From NCBI RefSeq assembly GCF_000283555.1, contig NC_016012.1, forward strand, positions 600,001 through 632,000: 32,000 nucleotides of DNA, read 5' to 3'. Below, in pieces: positions 1 through 8,806 of this stretch (positions within the stretch are counted from its first letter, which is position 1; each line of letters begins with the position of its first letter). Origin of the DNA: Candidatus Arthromitus sp. SFB-rat-Yit. GTDB lineage: Bacteria; Bacillota; Clostridia; Clostridiales; Clostridiaceae. The notes under the pieces are model-generated. The model ran no database searches and was not told the origin of the DNA. It worked only from the letters and a program-made list of their open reading frames with translations. The position numbers and the translations under genes are program-made.

Positions 1-895
1 ATCATTAGGTAAAGCAATTGATTCCATAAAAGTTTTTGCTAGAGTTACACCAAAACATAAACTTAGGATTGTTCAGGCATTTAAAGCAAAAGGTAATGTT
101 GTTGCAATGACTGGAGATGGTGTTAATGATGCTCCAGCTATAAAAGAGGCTGATATTGGTATTTCCATGGGTATATCGGGTACAGATGTAACAAAAGAAG
201 CGTCTGCCATGATATTAATGGATGATAATTTCAGTACTATAGTTTCTGCGGTTGAAGAAGGAAGAAAAATTTATCTAAATATAAGGAAATTTATAAGGTA
301 TTTATTGTCATGTAATATTGGTGAAGTTTTAACAATGTTTTTAGCTTCTATATTCAGCCTTCCAAATCCACTTACTCCTATTCAAATTTTATTTGTAAAT
401 TTGGCAACAGATGGACTTCCTGCTCTTGCACTTGGAGTTGATAATTCACATGATGATATAATGAATCAGCCGCCAAGACCACGAAATGAGAGTATTTTTT
501 CAAGAGGACTTTGGGAAAAAATTCTATTTAGGGGGACTTTAATTGGAATTAGCACAATATTTACATTTATTATTGGGCTTTATCTTGGTTTTAGTGTGCG
601 TACTTGTAGAACTATGACTTTAGCAACTCTTGTATTATCACAATTAATACATGTGTTTGAATGTAAATCAGAAACAAGAACATTATTTCAAATTAATTTA
701 TTGACAAATAAGTATTTATTAATATCAGTTTTTATTTCAGTGATTATGATTTTAGGAATAATATATATTCCATTTTTCCAATCAATATTTAAGACAAGCG
801 GTATAAATTTAGTGCAATGGGGAATTGTACTATTATTTTCAGGGGTTATATCAGTTTCTAGCAGTTTATTTAATTTGATTAAACGCAAGAAGTAA
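1..895 (+). CDS. Cation-transporting P-type ATPase, C-terminal part (5' end outside window)
   Basis: The frame is open to the window start. It contains the hinge motif MTGDGVNDAPAIKEADIGISMG and the C-terminal transmembrane segments typical of Ca2+-type P-ATPases. Confidence 0.93.
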   Translation, partial: SLGKAIDSIKVFARVTPKHKLRIVQAFKAKGNVVAMTGDGVNDAPAIKEADIGISMGISGTDVTKEASAMILMDDNFSTIVSAVEEGRKIYLNIRKFIRYLLSCNIGEVLTMFLASIFSLPNPLTPIQILFVNLATDGLPALALGVDNSHDDIMNQPPRPRNESIFSRGLWEKILFRGTLIGISTIFTFIIGLYLGFSVRTCRTMTLATLVLSQLIHVFECKSETRTLFQINLLTNKYLLISVFISVIMILGIIYIPFFQSIFKTSGINLVQWGIVLLFSGVISVSSSLFNLIKRKK

Positions 896-915
896 TTTTA
901 TTATAAAAAATATAA

Positions 916-958
916 GGTAAGCAGTTATTAATAATGACAAACTGCTTACCTATTTTTG
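916..958 (+). terminator. Intrinsic terminator, probably shared by convergent genes
   Basis: Inverted repeat ggtaagcagtt...aactgcttacc followed by a T-rich tract (tatttttgtt). Confidence 0.8.
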
Positions 959-1720
959 TTATTTAATATTATTGTTTATAAAGTCAAGGACTACTTGGGT
1001 AAATAAAAAACCAACTCCGTCTTTTTCACTACCAGCGTTACATAACCCAATAATTTCATTATTTGAATTTAGTATTGGTGAACCAGATTGTCCAGGTTTT
1101 ACTGATGAGTTAAACCAAATAAGATTACTTTCAATTAAGTCAATTTGACCTTTGTCATAAGATAATTTTGGTTGTGATTCACCAGGATATCCGGCAAATT
1201 CAATTTGAGTTTTATTTTCAACTTTTTTAATTTCGTCAAGTGTAGCTAATTTAAAAGTTTCAAGTCCATCATATAAATTTTTTCCATCTTTAGGTTTAAC
1301 TTGAATTATTGATAAATCCACATTTGTTTGATTATAATCATAATTTTCTTGTATAAATGTTATTATGTTTTCAATATCAAAATTAATTGTTTCATTACCT
1401 TTATTTAATGAAACGTATAATGTATCTTTTGTTTCACCTTCTGTAACGTGCCTATTTGTTAAAAGTGTGTTTGGTCCAATGATAACCCCAGTACCATTAA
1501 ATATATCATTTGATTTTGAAATTATAGGAACAATTGATTGATATTTACTAGAACTAACTTCTGAGGCATCTATTAAAGTTCCAGTTGATGCAGAATTATT
1601 AGTAGTGGATGGTGTTACTATTTGGGTATTATTTTGTTGATTTAGACTTTTATTTGAACATTGCACTAAGCTTACACCTAACACTAGAAAGCATAATATT
1701 TTAATAAATTTATTCTTCAT
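959..1720 (-). CDS. Lipoprotein, trypsin/V8-like serine protease
   Basis: Signal peptide with lipobox-like LVQC. Plausible triad: GTGVIIGPNTLLTNRHV (His), NVDLSIIQV (Asp), PGQSGSPI (Ser). Confidence 0.82.
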   Translation of the reverse strand: MKNKFIKILCFLVLGVSLVQCSNKSLNQQNNTQIVTPSTTNNSASTGTLIDASEVSSSKYQSIVPIISKSNDIFNGTGVIIGPNTLLTNRHVTEGETKDTLYVSLNKGNETINFDIENIITFIQENYDYNQTNVDLSIIQVKPKDGKNLYDGLETFKLATLDEIKKVENKTQIEFAGYPGESQPKLSYDKGQIDLIESNLIWFNSSVKPGQSGSPILNSNNEIIGLCNAGSEKDGVGFLFTQVVLDFINNNIK

Positions 1721-1810
1721 TTTTTAATTCTTACTCCTTAATTTTAATATGAACTTTTGTTTAGTAACTATTTTAATTATTGTAGCATAAAAAATTTATA
1801 TATTTTATTT

Positions 1811-1838
1811 GCTTTTTGGATTAGGTGTATTATAATCT
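1811..1838 (+). promoter_or_regulatory. Putative sigma-A promoter upstream of the TipAS-like gene
   Basis: TTGCTT - 16 nt - TATAAT, about 35 nt upstream of the ORF start. Confidence 0.5.
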
Positions 1839-1873
1839 AAAATAAAGTAATTGTTAATAGGTGAATTAATTGT

Positions 1874-2197
1874 ATGGGGAAAATAGATTATAGCTCTTTA
1901 AGTAAATTTGATTTTATAGAAGAGCAAAAGAAAAGAGATATTATTTTTAAAAATATACAAGATAAAATGAATTCAAATAGATATGATGATGAATATATAC
2001 AAGGTCAGGTATCAGATCTTTTTGATTTTATGAATAAATTTTATGATTGTTCTATTGGAATGTTTAGGGGATTGGCTGAGGTGTATGAATTTAATTCTGA
2101 TTTTTCTAAAATTTTATCTAAAAATTATGGAGAAGAAATGCCAAAGTATATAGCTAAAGCGATGAATTACTTTTGTGACGTTAAAGAGAAACAATAA
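1874..2197 (+). CDS. Small protein resembling a TipAS antibiotic-recognition domain, without an HTH domain
   Basis: The FYDCSIGMFRGLAEVYEFNSDFSKILSKNYGEEMPKYIAKAMNYF segment resembles the C-terminal TipAS pattern (Y..s.e....L..mY..D.rF...y.......Glaefl..Ai..Y). Confidence 0.55.
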   Translation: MGKIDYSSLSKFDFIEEQKKRDIIFKNIQDKMNSNRYDDEYIQGQVSDLFDFMNKFYDCSIGMFRGLAEVYEFNSDFSKILSKNYGEEMPKYIAKAMNYFCDVKEKQ

Positions 2198-2220
2198 GGT
2201 ATTTAATAATTAAATTTAGA

Positions 2221-2268
2221 AAATAAAAAGTGTAATTAAGTTTAAAATCTTAATTACACTTTTTATTT
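2221..2268. terminator. Bidirectional terminator between convergent genes
   Basis: 20-bp perfect inverted repeat aaataaaaagtgtaattaag / cttaattacactttttattt with an 8-nt spacer. Confidence 0.8.
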
Positions 2269-2458
2269 AAGCAGATCTTTGTACTTTATCAGAACGTAAA
2301 CATCTAGTACAGATCTTTATAGTCTTTGTAGAATTGTTAACAACGGCTTTGATTTTTCTTAGATTAGGAGTCCATTTTCTATTGGATCTACGGTGAGAAT
2401 GGCTGTACTGTCCACCAAAAACTACACCTTTGCCACAAATTTCACATCTTTTAGACAT
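2267..2458 (-). CDS. rpmB: 50S ribosomal protein L28
   Basis: MSKRCEICGKGVVFGGQYSHSHRRSNRKWTPNLRKI...CTRCLRS is a characteristic L28 of the zinc-ribbon form. Confidence 0.96.
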   Translation of the reverse strand: MSKRCEICGKGVVFGGQYSHSHRRSNRKWTPNLRKIKAVVNNSTKTIKICTRCLRSDKVQRSA

Positions 2459-2662
2459 ATTATATACACCTCCATACCTAAAACCTATTACATATAAACA
2501 ACCTTAATGATAACATGGAATAATAAAAGAATCAATATATAATTTAATGTTATATTAATTTAGATAATTTGATATAATTGAAAATAATTATTTGGATTTT
2601 GTTTTAATTGAATAATATACTTATTTAATATAAAATAAAAAAGAGGAAGGGAGAACCATTTT

Positions 2663-3004
2663 ATGTTACATGTTAAAACGTCAAGTGGAAATGTTTATTA
2701 TAGTGAAGAGTTGATTAAAAATATCGTAACATTAGCTACCATGGAATGTAATGCTGTTGTTGGTTTGGCAAATCGCAACTTTAGAGAAGATAACAATAAT
2801 TTAAGTAGTGGAGTTAAGATAAATTTAACAGAGGATAAATCAAAATTAAATATACATGTTTTTGTAATTATAAAATATGGGATTAAAATCTCCATAATAG
2901 CAAATGACATAATTCATTTGATTAAAGATAGTATTGAAAGATTCTTGGAACTTTATATTAATTCTATAGTGGTTAATGTTCGAGGAATTAGATACGAAAA
3001 TTAG
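2663..3004 (+). CDS. Asp23/Gls24 family envelope stress response protein
   Basis: VYYSEELIKNIVTLATMECNAVVGLANRNF...VKINLTEDKSKLNIHVFVIIKYG matches the DUF322/Asp23 pattern. It lies upstream of recG as in other Clostridia. Confidence 0.85.
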   Translation: MLHVKTSSGNVYYSEELIKNIVTLATMECNAVVGLANRNFREDNNNLSSGVKINLTEDKSKLNIHVFVIIKYGIKISIIANDIIHLIKDSIERFLELYINSIVVNVRGIRYEN

Positions 3005-3037
3005 AATTTTGTTTTTGATTTTTATAGAAGGATAAGT

Positions 3038-5053
3038 ATGCTTGAGAAGGATATTATAAGCATTAAAGGTGTAGGAAAAAAATATGCTGATTTATTTTCG
3101 AAAAATAATATAAAAACAATTGAAAATTTAATTATGTATTTTCCAAAGTCGTATGAGTTTGTAGGTGATTATTTATCAGATAAATGTATTTTTGAAGGAA
3201 TTGTCACGGAAATTCTTAGGGATGCAACGATTAGAGCAAAATTGGTTATTACAACTATTAAGCTTAGGAATTACGAAGGTAGGATCGCAAAGTTAATATA
3301 TTTTAATAAGCCATATATGAAACATAGTTTTATTTTAGGTAATACATATAAAGTTTATGGAACTTGTAAGGAAACAAAAAATTATATAGAAATTGTTAAT
3401 GCAGAGAAGATTAAAGATTTTTCAAATAATATTATACCGAAATATAAATCTATCAAAGGGATTGGAAATAATCAAATTATAAATATAGTAAGAAATGTTC
3501 TTGGACAAATTAATCTTAAAGATAATTTACCAGATATTATTGTTAAGAAGAGAAATTTAATTTCTTTAAATGATGCTTTGATAAATATACATTTGCCAAA
3601 AAATAAAGAACTACTTACTAAGGCTATATATAGATTTAAATATCAAGAGCTTATGTATTTTTTTATTAACACAAAACTTTTAAGAGATAAATTGAGTTCA
3701 AAAGAGAGTGGAATTAAGTTCAAAATTTTTACTGAAGAATTGATTGAACTTAAAAAAGAGCTTGGATTTCAGTTGACTGGAGATCAAAATAATGCAATAA
3801 AGAGAATTTTGATTGAACAAAAAGGTGATTTTTCAATTAATAGGTTGCTTCATGGGGATGTTGGTTCAGGCAAAACTATTGTTGCATTTATTACGGCGTT
3901 CAATGTTTTGTTGAACGGATATAAGGTTGCATTAATAGTTCCTACAGAAATTTTGGCTGTTCAACATTATGATGAGGCTATAAAATTATTTAAAAAATTT
4001 AATATACAGATTCGTCTTTTGGTTGGAAGTGTTAAAGAAAAGCAAAAAAATGAGATAAAGCAGGAGTTGAATGAAGAAACTCCAATTTTATTAATAGGTA
4101 CCCATGCTATACTTGAAGATAATGTTGAATTTAAAAATTTAGGGTATATAATTTTTGATGAACAACATAGATTTGGGGTGAGTCAAAGGTCGAAACTTAT
4201 ACAAAAAGGGAAAGATAAAAATTGCGATGTATTGGTTATGACTGCGACTCCAATCCCAAGGACTTTATTTTTGTACATATACAACGGAATGGATATTTCT
4301 TCAATTAGAGAGCTTCCATCGAATCGAAAAAAGGTTAACACAATTCATATTAAAAGTGAAGACAAAGAAGCCAAATATAAAATTATGTTAGATGAAATTA
4401 ATAAAGGTGGACAATGCTATATGGTTTGTCCTCTTATTGAAGAAAATGAAAAAATGGATTTATTTTCTGTTGAGTCGTTGTATGAAGAATTAAAGACATC
4501 TATTTTATCTTGTTGTAATATTGGAATTTTGCATGGGAAAATGAAAAATAAAGATAAAAATGAAGTGATGAATTGTTTTAAAGAGGGATTAATTGATATA
4601 TTGATTTCTACTACTGTAATAGAGGTTGGAATTAGTGTTTCCAATGCAACTGTAATGGTAATTGAAAATGCAGAGCGTTTTGGGATTTCGCAGATACATC
4701 AACTCAGAGGACGAATTGGACGTGGTTCTAAAGAGGGTACATGTATTCTTGTTACTAGCAGTATGAATCCTGTTACTATGAAAAGAATTTCTACACTCCT
4801 TGAAAGTAATGATGGATTTTATTTATCTGAGCAAGATTTAAAAATAAGAGGTAGTGGAGATGTTTTTGGTTATAAACAGCATGGGAATACGGGATTTGTA
4901 TTTGCGGATGTTATTAATGATGTAGGTATTTTGAAAAAAGTTAAAGAAGATATTGAGTATATGGATCAATTTGATATAGATGAAATAAGAGATTTTTATG
5001 ATAGTGTTCAAAAAAAATTGGATAAAATTGATAATACTATTTGTTTTAATTAA
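3038..5053 (+). CDS. recG: ATP-dependent DNA helicase RecG
   Basis: 671 aa. Contains HGDVGSGKT (Walker A), DEQHRFGV, MTATPIPRT and HQLRGRIGRG, plus the N-terminal wedge domain. Confidence 0.97.
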   Translation: MLEKDIISIKGVGKKYADLFSKNNIKTIENLIMYFPKSYEFVGDYLSDKCIFEGIVTEILRDATIRAKLVITTIKLRNYEGRIAKLIYFNKPYMKHSFILGNTYKVYGTCKETKNYIEIVNAEKIKDFSNNIIPKYKSIKGIGNNQIINIVRNVLGQINLKDNLPDIIVKKRNLISLNDALINIHLPKNKELLTKAIYRFKYQELMYFFINTKLLRDKLSSKESGIKFKIFTEELIELKKELGFQLTGDQNNAIKRILIEQKGDFSINRLLHGDVGSGKTIVAFITAFNVLLNGYKVALIVPTEILAVQHYDEAIKLFKKFNIQIRLLVGSVKEKQKNEIKQELNEETPILLIGTHAILEDNVEFKNLGYIIFDEQHRFGVSQRSKLIQKGKDKNCDVLVMTATPIPRTLFLYIYNGMDISSIRELPSNRKKVNTIHIKSEDKEAKYKIMLDEINKGGQCYMVCPLIEENEKMDLFSVESLYEELKTSILSCCNIGILHGKMKNKDKNEVMNCFKEGLIDILISTTVIEVGISVSNATVMVIENAERFGISQIHQLRGRIGRGSKEGTCILVTSSMNPVTMKRISTLLESNDGFYLSEQDLKIRGSGDVFGYKQHGNTGFVFADVINDVGILKKVKEDIEYMDQFDIDEIRDFYDSVQKKLDKIDNTICFN

Positions 5054-5063
5054 GGAGATTTAA

Positions 5064-5633
5064 ATGAGAATAATTACAGGTAAAGCTAAAGGGAAAAAAC
5101 TTATTTCGCCTGATGGATATGATGTTACTCGTCCAACTCTCGATAGAGTTAAGCAATCTATATTTAATATAATTCAGAATGAATTAAACAGAGATAGTAT
5201 TGTTCTTGATTTATTTGCTGGAACCGGAAGTCTTGGGCTTGAATCTGCTAGTAGAGGAGCTAAAAAAATTTATTTGTGTGATAAAAACGATGTTACCTTT
5301 TCTTATTTGGAACAAAATATTAAAAATACCGGATTATCAGATTGTGCATTTGCAATAAAAGGAGAGTTTGATGTAAATCTTAGGAGTTTTAAGGGAAAAG
5401 AGAAATTTGATTTAATATTTATAGATCCACCATATAACTCAGATTATGTTAATAGAAGTATAAATTTGGTTGACGATTTAAATATTCTTAATAAAAATGG
5501 GTTAATAATTGTTAAAATATCGAGTTCTGAAAGTAAATTTATAGAGTCTAAAAATATAAACTTAGTTGATTATAGGAAGTACGGAAATACAACTGTATGT
5601 TTTTATAGATATAAGGAGAGTTATAATGAATAA
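5064..5633 (+). CDS. rsmD: 16S rRNA (guanine(966)-N(2))-methyltransferase RsmD
   Basis: MRIITGKAKGKKL...TRPTLDRVKQSIFNII, LDLFAGTGSLGLE and DPPY motifs. Confidence 0.95.
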   Translation: MRIITGKAKGKKLISPDGYDVTRPTLDRVKQSIFNIIQNELNRDSIVLDLFAGTGSLGLESASRGAKKIYLCDKNDVTFSYLEQNIKNTGLSDCAFAIKGEFDVNLRSFKGKEKFDLIFIDPPYNSDYVNRSINLVDDLNILNKNGLIIVKISSSESKFIESKNINLVDYRKYGNTTVCFYRYKESYNE

Positions 5634-6114
5634 AGCGATAATACCTGGAAGTTTTGATCCTATAACGCTTGGACACATTGATATAATAGAGCGTTCCCTT
5701 AAAATTTTTGATGAAATAATGGTATGTGTTTTAGTTAATCCTGATAAGAAAACATTGTTTTCTATAGAAGAAAGAAAAAGATTAATTAATAAATCTATAT
5801 CCAATCTTAACGATAGTGACAAAATAAAAGTGGATAGTTATGAAGGACTGTTAATTGATTATATGAATAAAAAAGATATAAATATTATCATCAAAGGATT
5901 GAGAGCTTTTTCGGATTTTGAATATGAGATACAAATGGCGTTTTTAAATAATAAAATGGCACCTAATATAGAAACATTTTTTCTTATGACAACAGAAAAT
6001 TTATCGTACATAAGCTCTTCGTCTATAAAACAAATAGTAAAATTTGGTGGTAATATATCGGGGTTAGTGCCACCTGTTATTGAACAAGATATTATTCATA
6101 AAATTTTGGAGTGA
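5626..6114 (+). CDS. coaD: Pantetheine-phosphate adenylyltransferase
   Basis: MNKAIIPGSFDPITLGHIDII and ISSSSIKQIVKFGG. Start trimmed from the track ORF (5566) to the ATG at 5626, which follows aaggagag and overlaps the rsmD end. Confidence 0.96.
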   Translation: MNKAIIPGSFDPITLGHIDIIERSLKIFDEIMVCVLVNPDKKTLFSIEERKRLINKSISNLNDSDKIKVDSYEGLLIDYMNKKDINIIIKGLRAFSDFEYEIQMAFLNNKMAPNIETFFLMTTENLSYISSSSIKQIVKFGGNISGLVPPVIEQDIIHKILE

Positions 6115-6118
6115 TTAT

Positions 6119-6634
6119 ATGGATGTTTTACAGTTATTAGACTATTTACAAGAGGTTATTGAGAATGCCACAGAAATTCCTATAACCGGGAAAATAGTTT
6201 TAAATAAGAAGGATATATTGGAATTAATAAAGAAGATTTTGCATGATTTACCCGATGAATTAAAAAGGTCTAAGTGGATAATTAGTGAGAGAGATAGAAT
6301 AATAGGTGAGGCAAAAAAGTTTAGTGAAGAAGCAATGAAAGAATCTAAACTCATGCTTGAAAAGGAAATAGAACAACATGAGATTGTGATTGAGGCTAAT
6401 AATAAAGCAAACAGCATTATAGAGATTGCAAAAGGTGAGGCAAAAGCTATAAGAGGTGGGGCAAATGATTATGTTCGTGAGGTATTGAGATCTCTTGTTG
6501 AAGATATTGAAAATACTAAGAATAATGCTATTGAAACATTGGAATCATTAAACTCAAAGAATATATCGGAAATATCAACTTTTTATGACGATATTTCTTA
6601 TAGAATAAAAGATGACTTAGATAAAATAAAATAA
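6119..6634 (+). CDS. Conserved coiled-coil protein (annotated as 'ATPase' in related Clostridia)
   Basis: Coiled-coil-rich protein following coaD. ATG at 6119 is preceded by ggagtgat. Confidence 0.7.
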   Translation: MDVLQLLDYLQEVIENATEIPITGKIVLNKKDILELIKKILHDLPDELKRSKWIISERDRIIGEAKKFSEEAMKESKLMLEKEIEQHEIVIEANNKANSIIEIAKGEAKAIRGGANDYVREVLRSLVEDIENTKNNAIETLESLNSKNISEISTFYDDISYRIKDDLDKIK

Positions 6635-6656
6635 ATAGGTTAGTGAGGGATCGATT

Positions 6657-7469
6657 TTGTATAAATTGATAGCTATTGATATGGATGGTACTCTTTTAAA
6701 TAGTAATGGAAAAATTTCTGATGAAAATATTTTTGCTATAAAGAGAGCTCTTGATAAAGGTGTAAAGGTAGTTTTTACAACAGGAAGAGGAATTAAAGCA
6801 ATTACGAATTTTTTAAAAGAAGTGGGTTTATCAGAAAGAGATGAATATGCAATAACAAACAATGGAGTAGCACTCTATAAAACAAATAATTTGAAATGCT
6901 TAAAAGCCAATTTATTGTGTGGAGATGAATTGAAAAAATTAGTTGATTTGGGTATTGCTTTAAATGCAAAAATACTTGTTTATGATTATAAAACTGAAGA
7001 AACAATTGTTTTAGAAGAAAATGAGTTTTCAGCATTTGAAAGAGATCATATAGGAATGATTGTTCATATTAAACCGAATTTTCCAAATGAAATAAATAAT
7101 GAAACAAAAGCATTTAAGATAATTTATACAGAAGAACCATCAAAATTAGATATAATACAAAAAAATATCCCAGATTATATAAGAGAAAATTATACGGTTG
7201 TAAGGAGTTTACCTATATGTCTCGAATTATTCCATAAAGCTTCAAATAAAGGAAATGCTATTAGAGATTTATCAAATATTTTTGGAATTTCAAAGGAAGA
7301 GGTAATCTGTATTGGTGATCAGCAAAATGATATAGAGATGATAGAATATGCTGGACTTGGTATAGCTATGGGTAATGCGATAGATAAGTTAAAAGAAATT
7401 GCAAATTATGTGACCGATACAAATGATAATCACGGAGTTGCTAAAGCTATTAATAAGTTTATATTATAA
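6657..7469 (+). CDS. Cof-type HAD-IIB family hydrolase
   Basis: IAIDMDGTLLNSNGKIS, TTGRGI and CIGDQQNDIEMIEYAGLGIAMGNA motifs. TTG start. Confidence 0.94.
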   Translation: MYKLIAIDMDGTLLNSNGKISDENIFAIKRALDKGVKVVFTTGRGIKAITNFLKEVGLSERDEYAITNNGVALYKTNNLKCLKANLLCGDELKKLVDLGIALNAKILVYDYKTEETIVLEENEFSAFERDHIGMIVHIKPNFPNEINNETKAFKIIYTEEPSKLDIIQKNIPDYIRENYTVVRSLPICLELFHKASNKGNAIRDLSNIFGISKEEVICIGDQQNDIEMIEYAGLGIAMGNAIDKLKEIANYVTDTNDNHGVAKAINKFIL

Positions 7470-7476
7470 ATTTTTA

Positions 7477-7508
7477 AAATATAGGTTTTTTAAAACCTAT
7501 ATTTTTTT
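7477..7508 (+). terminator. Intrinsic terminator of the recG-to-HAD gene run
   Basis: aaaatataggtttt/ttaaaacctatattttttt inverted repeat with a T-tract. Confidence 0.8.
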
Positions 7509-7517
7509 AAAAATATA

Positions 7518-7546
7518 TTGAAATATAATTTGAAATGTGGTATATT
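7518..7546 (+). promoter_or_regulatory. Sigma-A promoter with extended -10
   Basis: TTGAAA (7518-7523) - 17 nt - TATATT (7541-7546), with TGg directly upstream of the -10. No ORF of useful size follows. Confidence 0.72.
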
Positions 7547-7559
7547 AATACCATAGTAA

Positions 7560-7574
7560 TGATAATCAATATCA
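7560..7574. promoter_or_regulatory. Putative Fur box (7-1-7 type)
   Basis: TGATAATCAATATCA matches TGATAATNATTATCA at 14 of 15 positions, counting N as a match. It sits immediately downstream of the predicted transcription start. Confidence 0.65.
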
Positions 7575-7683
7575 AATAAATTCTTTCTTTTTACTAATTT
7601 AAGAATTGTTAGATTTAATATTGAAGCTAGATTTTATACCTCCAAAATGTAAAATATTTGATTGAAGTATTAAATTCTAACTT

Positions 7684-7717
7684 AAAAACCTCTGCACATT
7701 GTGCGGAGGTTTTTTTA
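7684..7717. terminator. Intrinsic terminator, possibly bidirectional
   Basis: aaaacctctgcaca-tt-gtgcggaggttttttt. The A-tract on the other side could also serve ylbJ on the minus strand. Confidence 0.88.
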
Positions 7718-8725
7718 TATTGTAAATGTGCAAATAAGGAATGTTAAGATAAATGCAATTACAGCTTGTACAAATTTTAGAAATATATATCGATTTATTT
7801 TAAACACAGTGTTTTTATAAACAAATGAATAGCATTGAAGAATTATACACAATCCACTAAAGCTACAAAAGAAGCTAATAAGTGAAAGTTTTAATTGGAT
7901 GGATATGTTTGTGTCGCTTAATAATTTTATACCATTTGTTATTTCAAGAATTCCAATAATGATTGATTTTAATATAGGTAGATCTTTTATTAAAATTTGA
8001 GTGTAGAAGTTATTTAGAATAATTTCTTTTAGAAGTGAAAATAGTATTATAAATCCTCCAACCATTGCACATGTCTTCAATGAATTTTCTAATGAAGATT
8101 TTAAAATGTTGCCAAAATTATTTTTAGGATTATTTTTTTTAATAGGGATGCTAGTAACCAAGGTTTCATTCTTAGGATATAGTATGAAAGACATTAACAA
8201 ACAAGATATGTAATTTGAAAATAATAATATGTATCCTAAAAATTTATTTTCGAGAATTGATACGCCAACAGTACCAATAATAAATAATGGACTAGCATTT
8301 GATGCTATATTAGTCATGCGGATGAATTCATTTTTTTTGATCATTTGTTGGTTGTACATATCATTTAGATACTTTATTCCCAATGGGTATCCACATATAA
8401 AACTTATAAGTAGTGGGAAAATAGAATTTTTTGAAATCCTTAGTGGTTTGGATATTATAGGACCAAGTAATTTTCCGAAAATATCTATTCCACCATAGTT
8501 TATTAAAATATTTGTTAAAATTAAAAATGGAAATAAAGTTGGAAAGACTGATTTCATAAACAAATCAGTTCCATTTATAATTGAATCAATTGATGATTTT
8601 GGGAAAATTATTAAGTAGGTTATGAGTATTGTTATTATGAATGTTGTTATGGCGTTTATTTTAGATTTTTCAGAGATATAAAAAATTGATAATATCATAA
8701 CCGATAAAATTAAAAATAATAACAA
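7715..8725 (-). CDS. ylbJ: Sporulation integral membrane protein YlbJ
   Basis: Multi-spanning membrane protein with KSVFPTLFPFLILTNILINYGG and SFICGYPLG, encoded beside ylbM. Confidence 0.85.
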   Translation of the reverse strand: MLLFLILSVMILSIFYISEKSKINAITTFIITILITYLIIFPKSSIDSIINGTDLFMKSVFPTLFPFLILTNILINYGGIDIFGKLLGPIISKPLRISKNSIFPLLISFICGYPLGIKYLNDMYNQQMIKKNEFIRMTNIASNASPLFIIGTVGVSILENKFLGYILLFSNYISCLLMSFILYPKNETLVTSIPIKKNNPKNNFGNILKSSLENSLKTCAMVGGFIILFSLLKEIILNNFYTQILIKDLPILKSIIIGILEITNGIKLLSDTNISIQLKLSLISFFCSFSGLCIILQCYSFVYKNTVFKINRYIFLKFVQAVIAFILTFLICTFTI

Positions 8726-8806
8726 TTAATTTATCATCCTTTCTTTCGTCTTTATTAATTTTTATGAAAGAAAAAAAATATTATGATATTATAAAATATG
8801 AATAAA

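Larger units (their letters stand above)
7553..7717 (+). ncRNA. Candidate Fur-regulated small RNA
   Basis: Promoter, Fur box and intrinsic terminator bracket about 160 nt with no substantial ORF. Internal stem gttaga-tttaata (7608-7620) / tattaaattctaac (7668-7681) encloses a hairpin exposing tacctcc. Confidence 0.6.

Noticed and set aside
4417-7035. Minus-strand ORFs 4417-4644, 5562-5822, 6142-6417, 6617-6862 and 6802-7035
   Set aside because: They lie inside confidently assigned plus-strand genes (recG, coaD, coiled-coil, HAD), so they are treated as shadow ORFs.
7518-7717. A small peptide gene as the explanation for the transcription unit before ylbJ
   Set aside because: The six-frame track shows no ORF there, and I saw no Shine-Dalgarno plus start codon followed by a convincing reading frame. 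The ncRNA interpretation fits better, although a very short leader peptide cannot be excluded.
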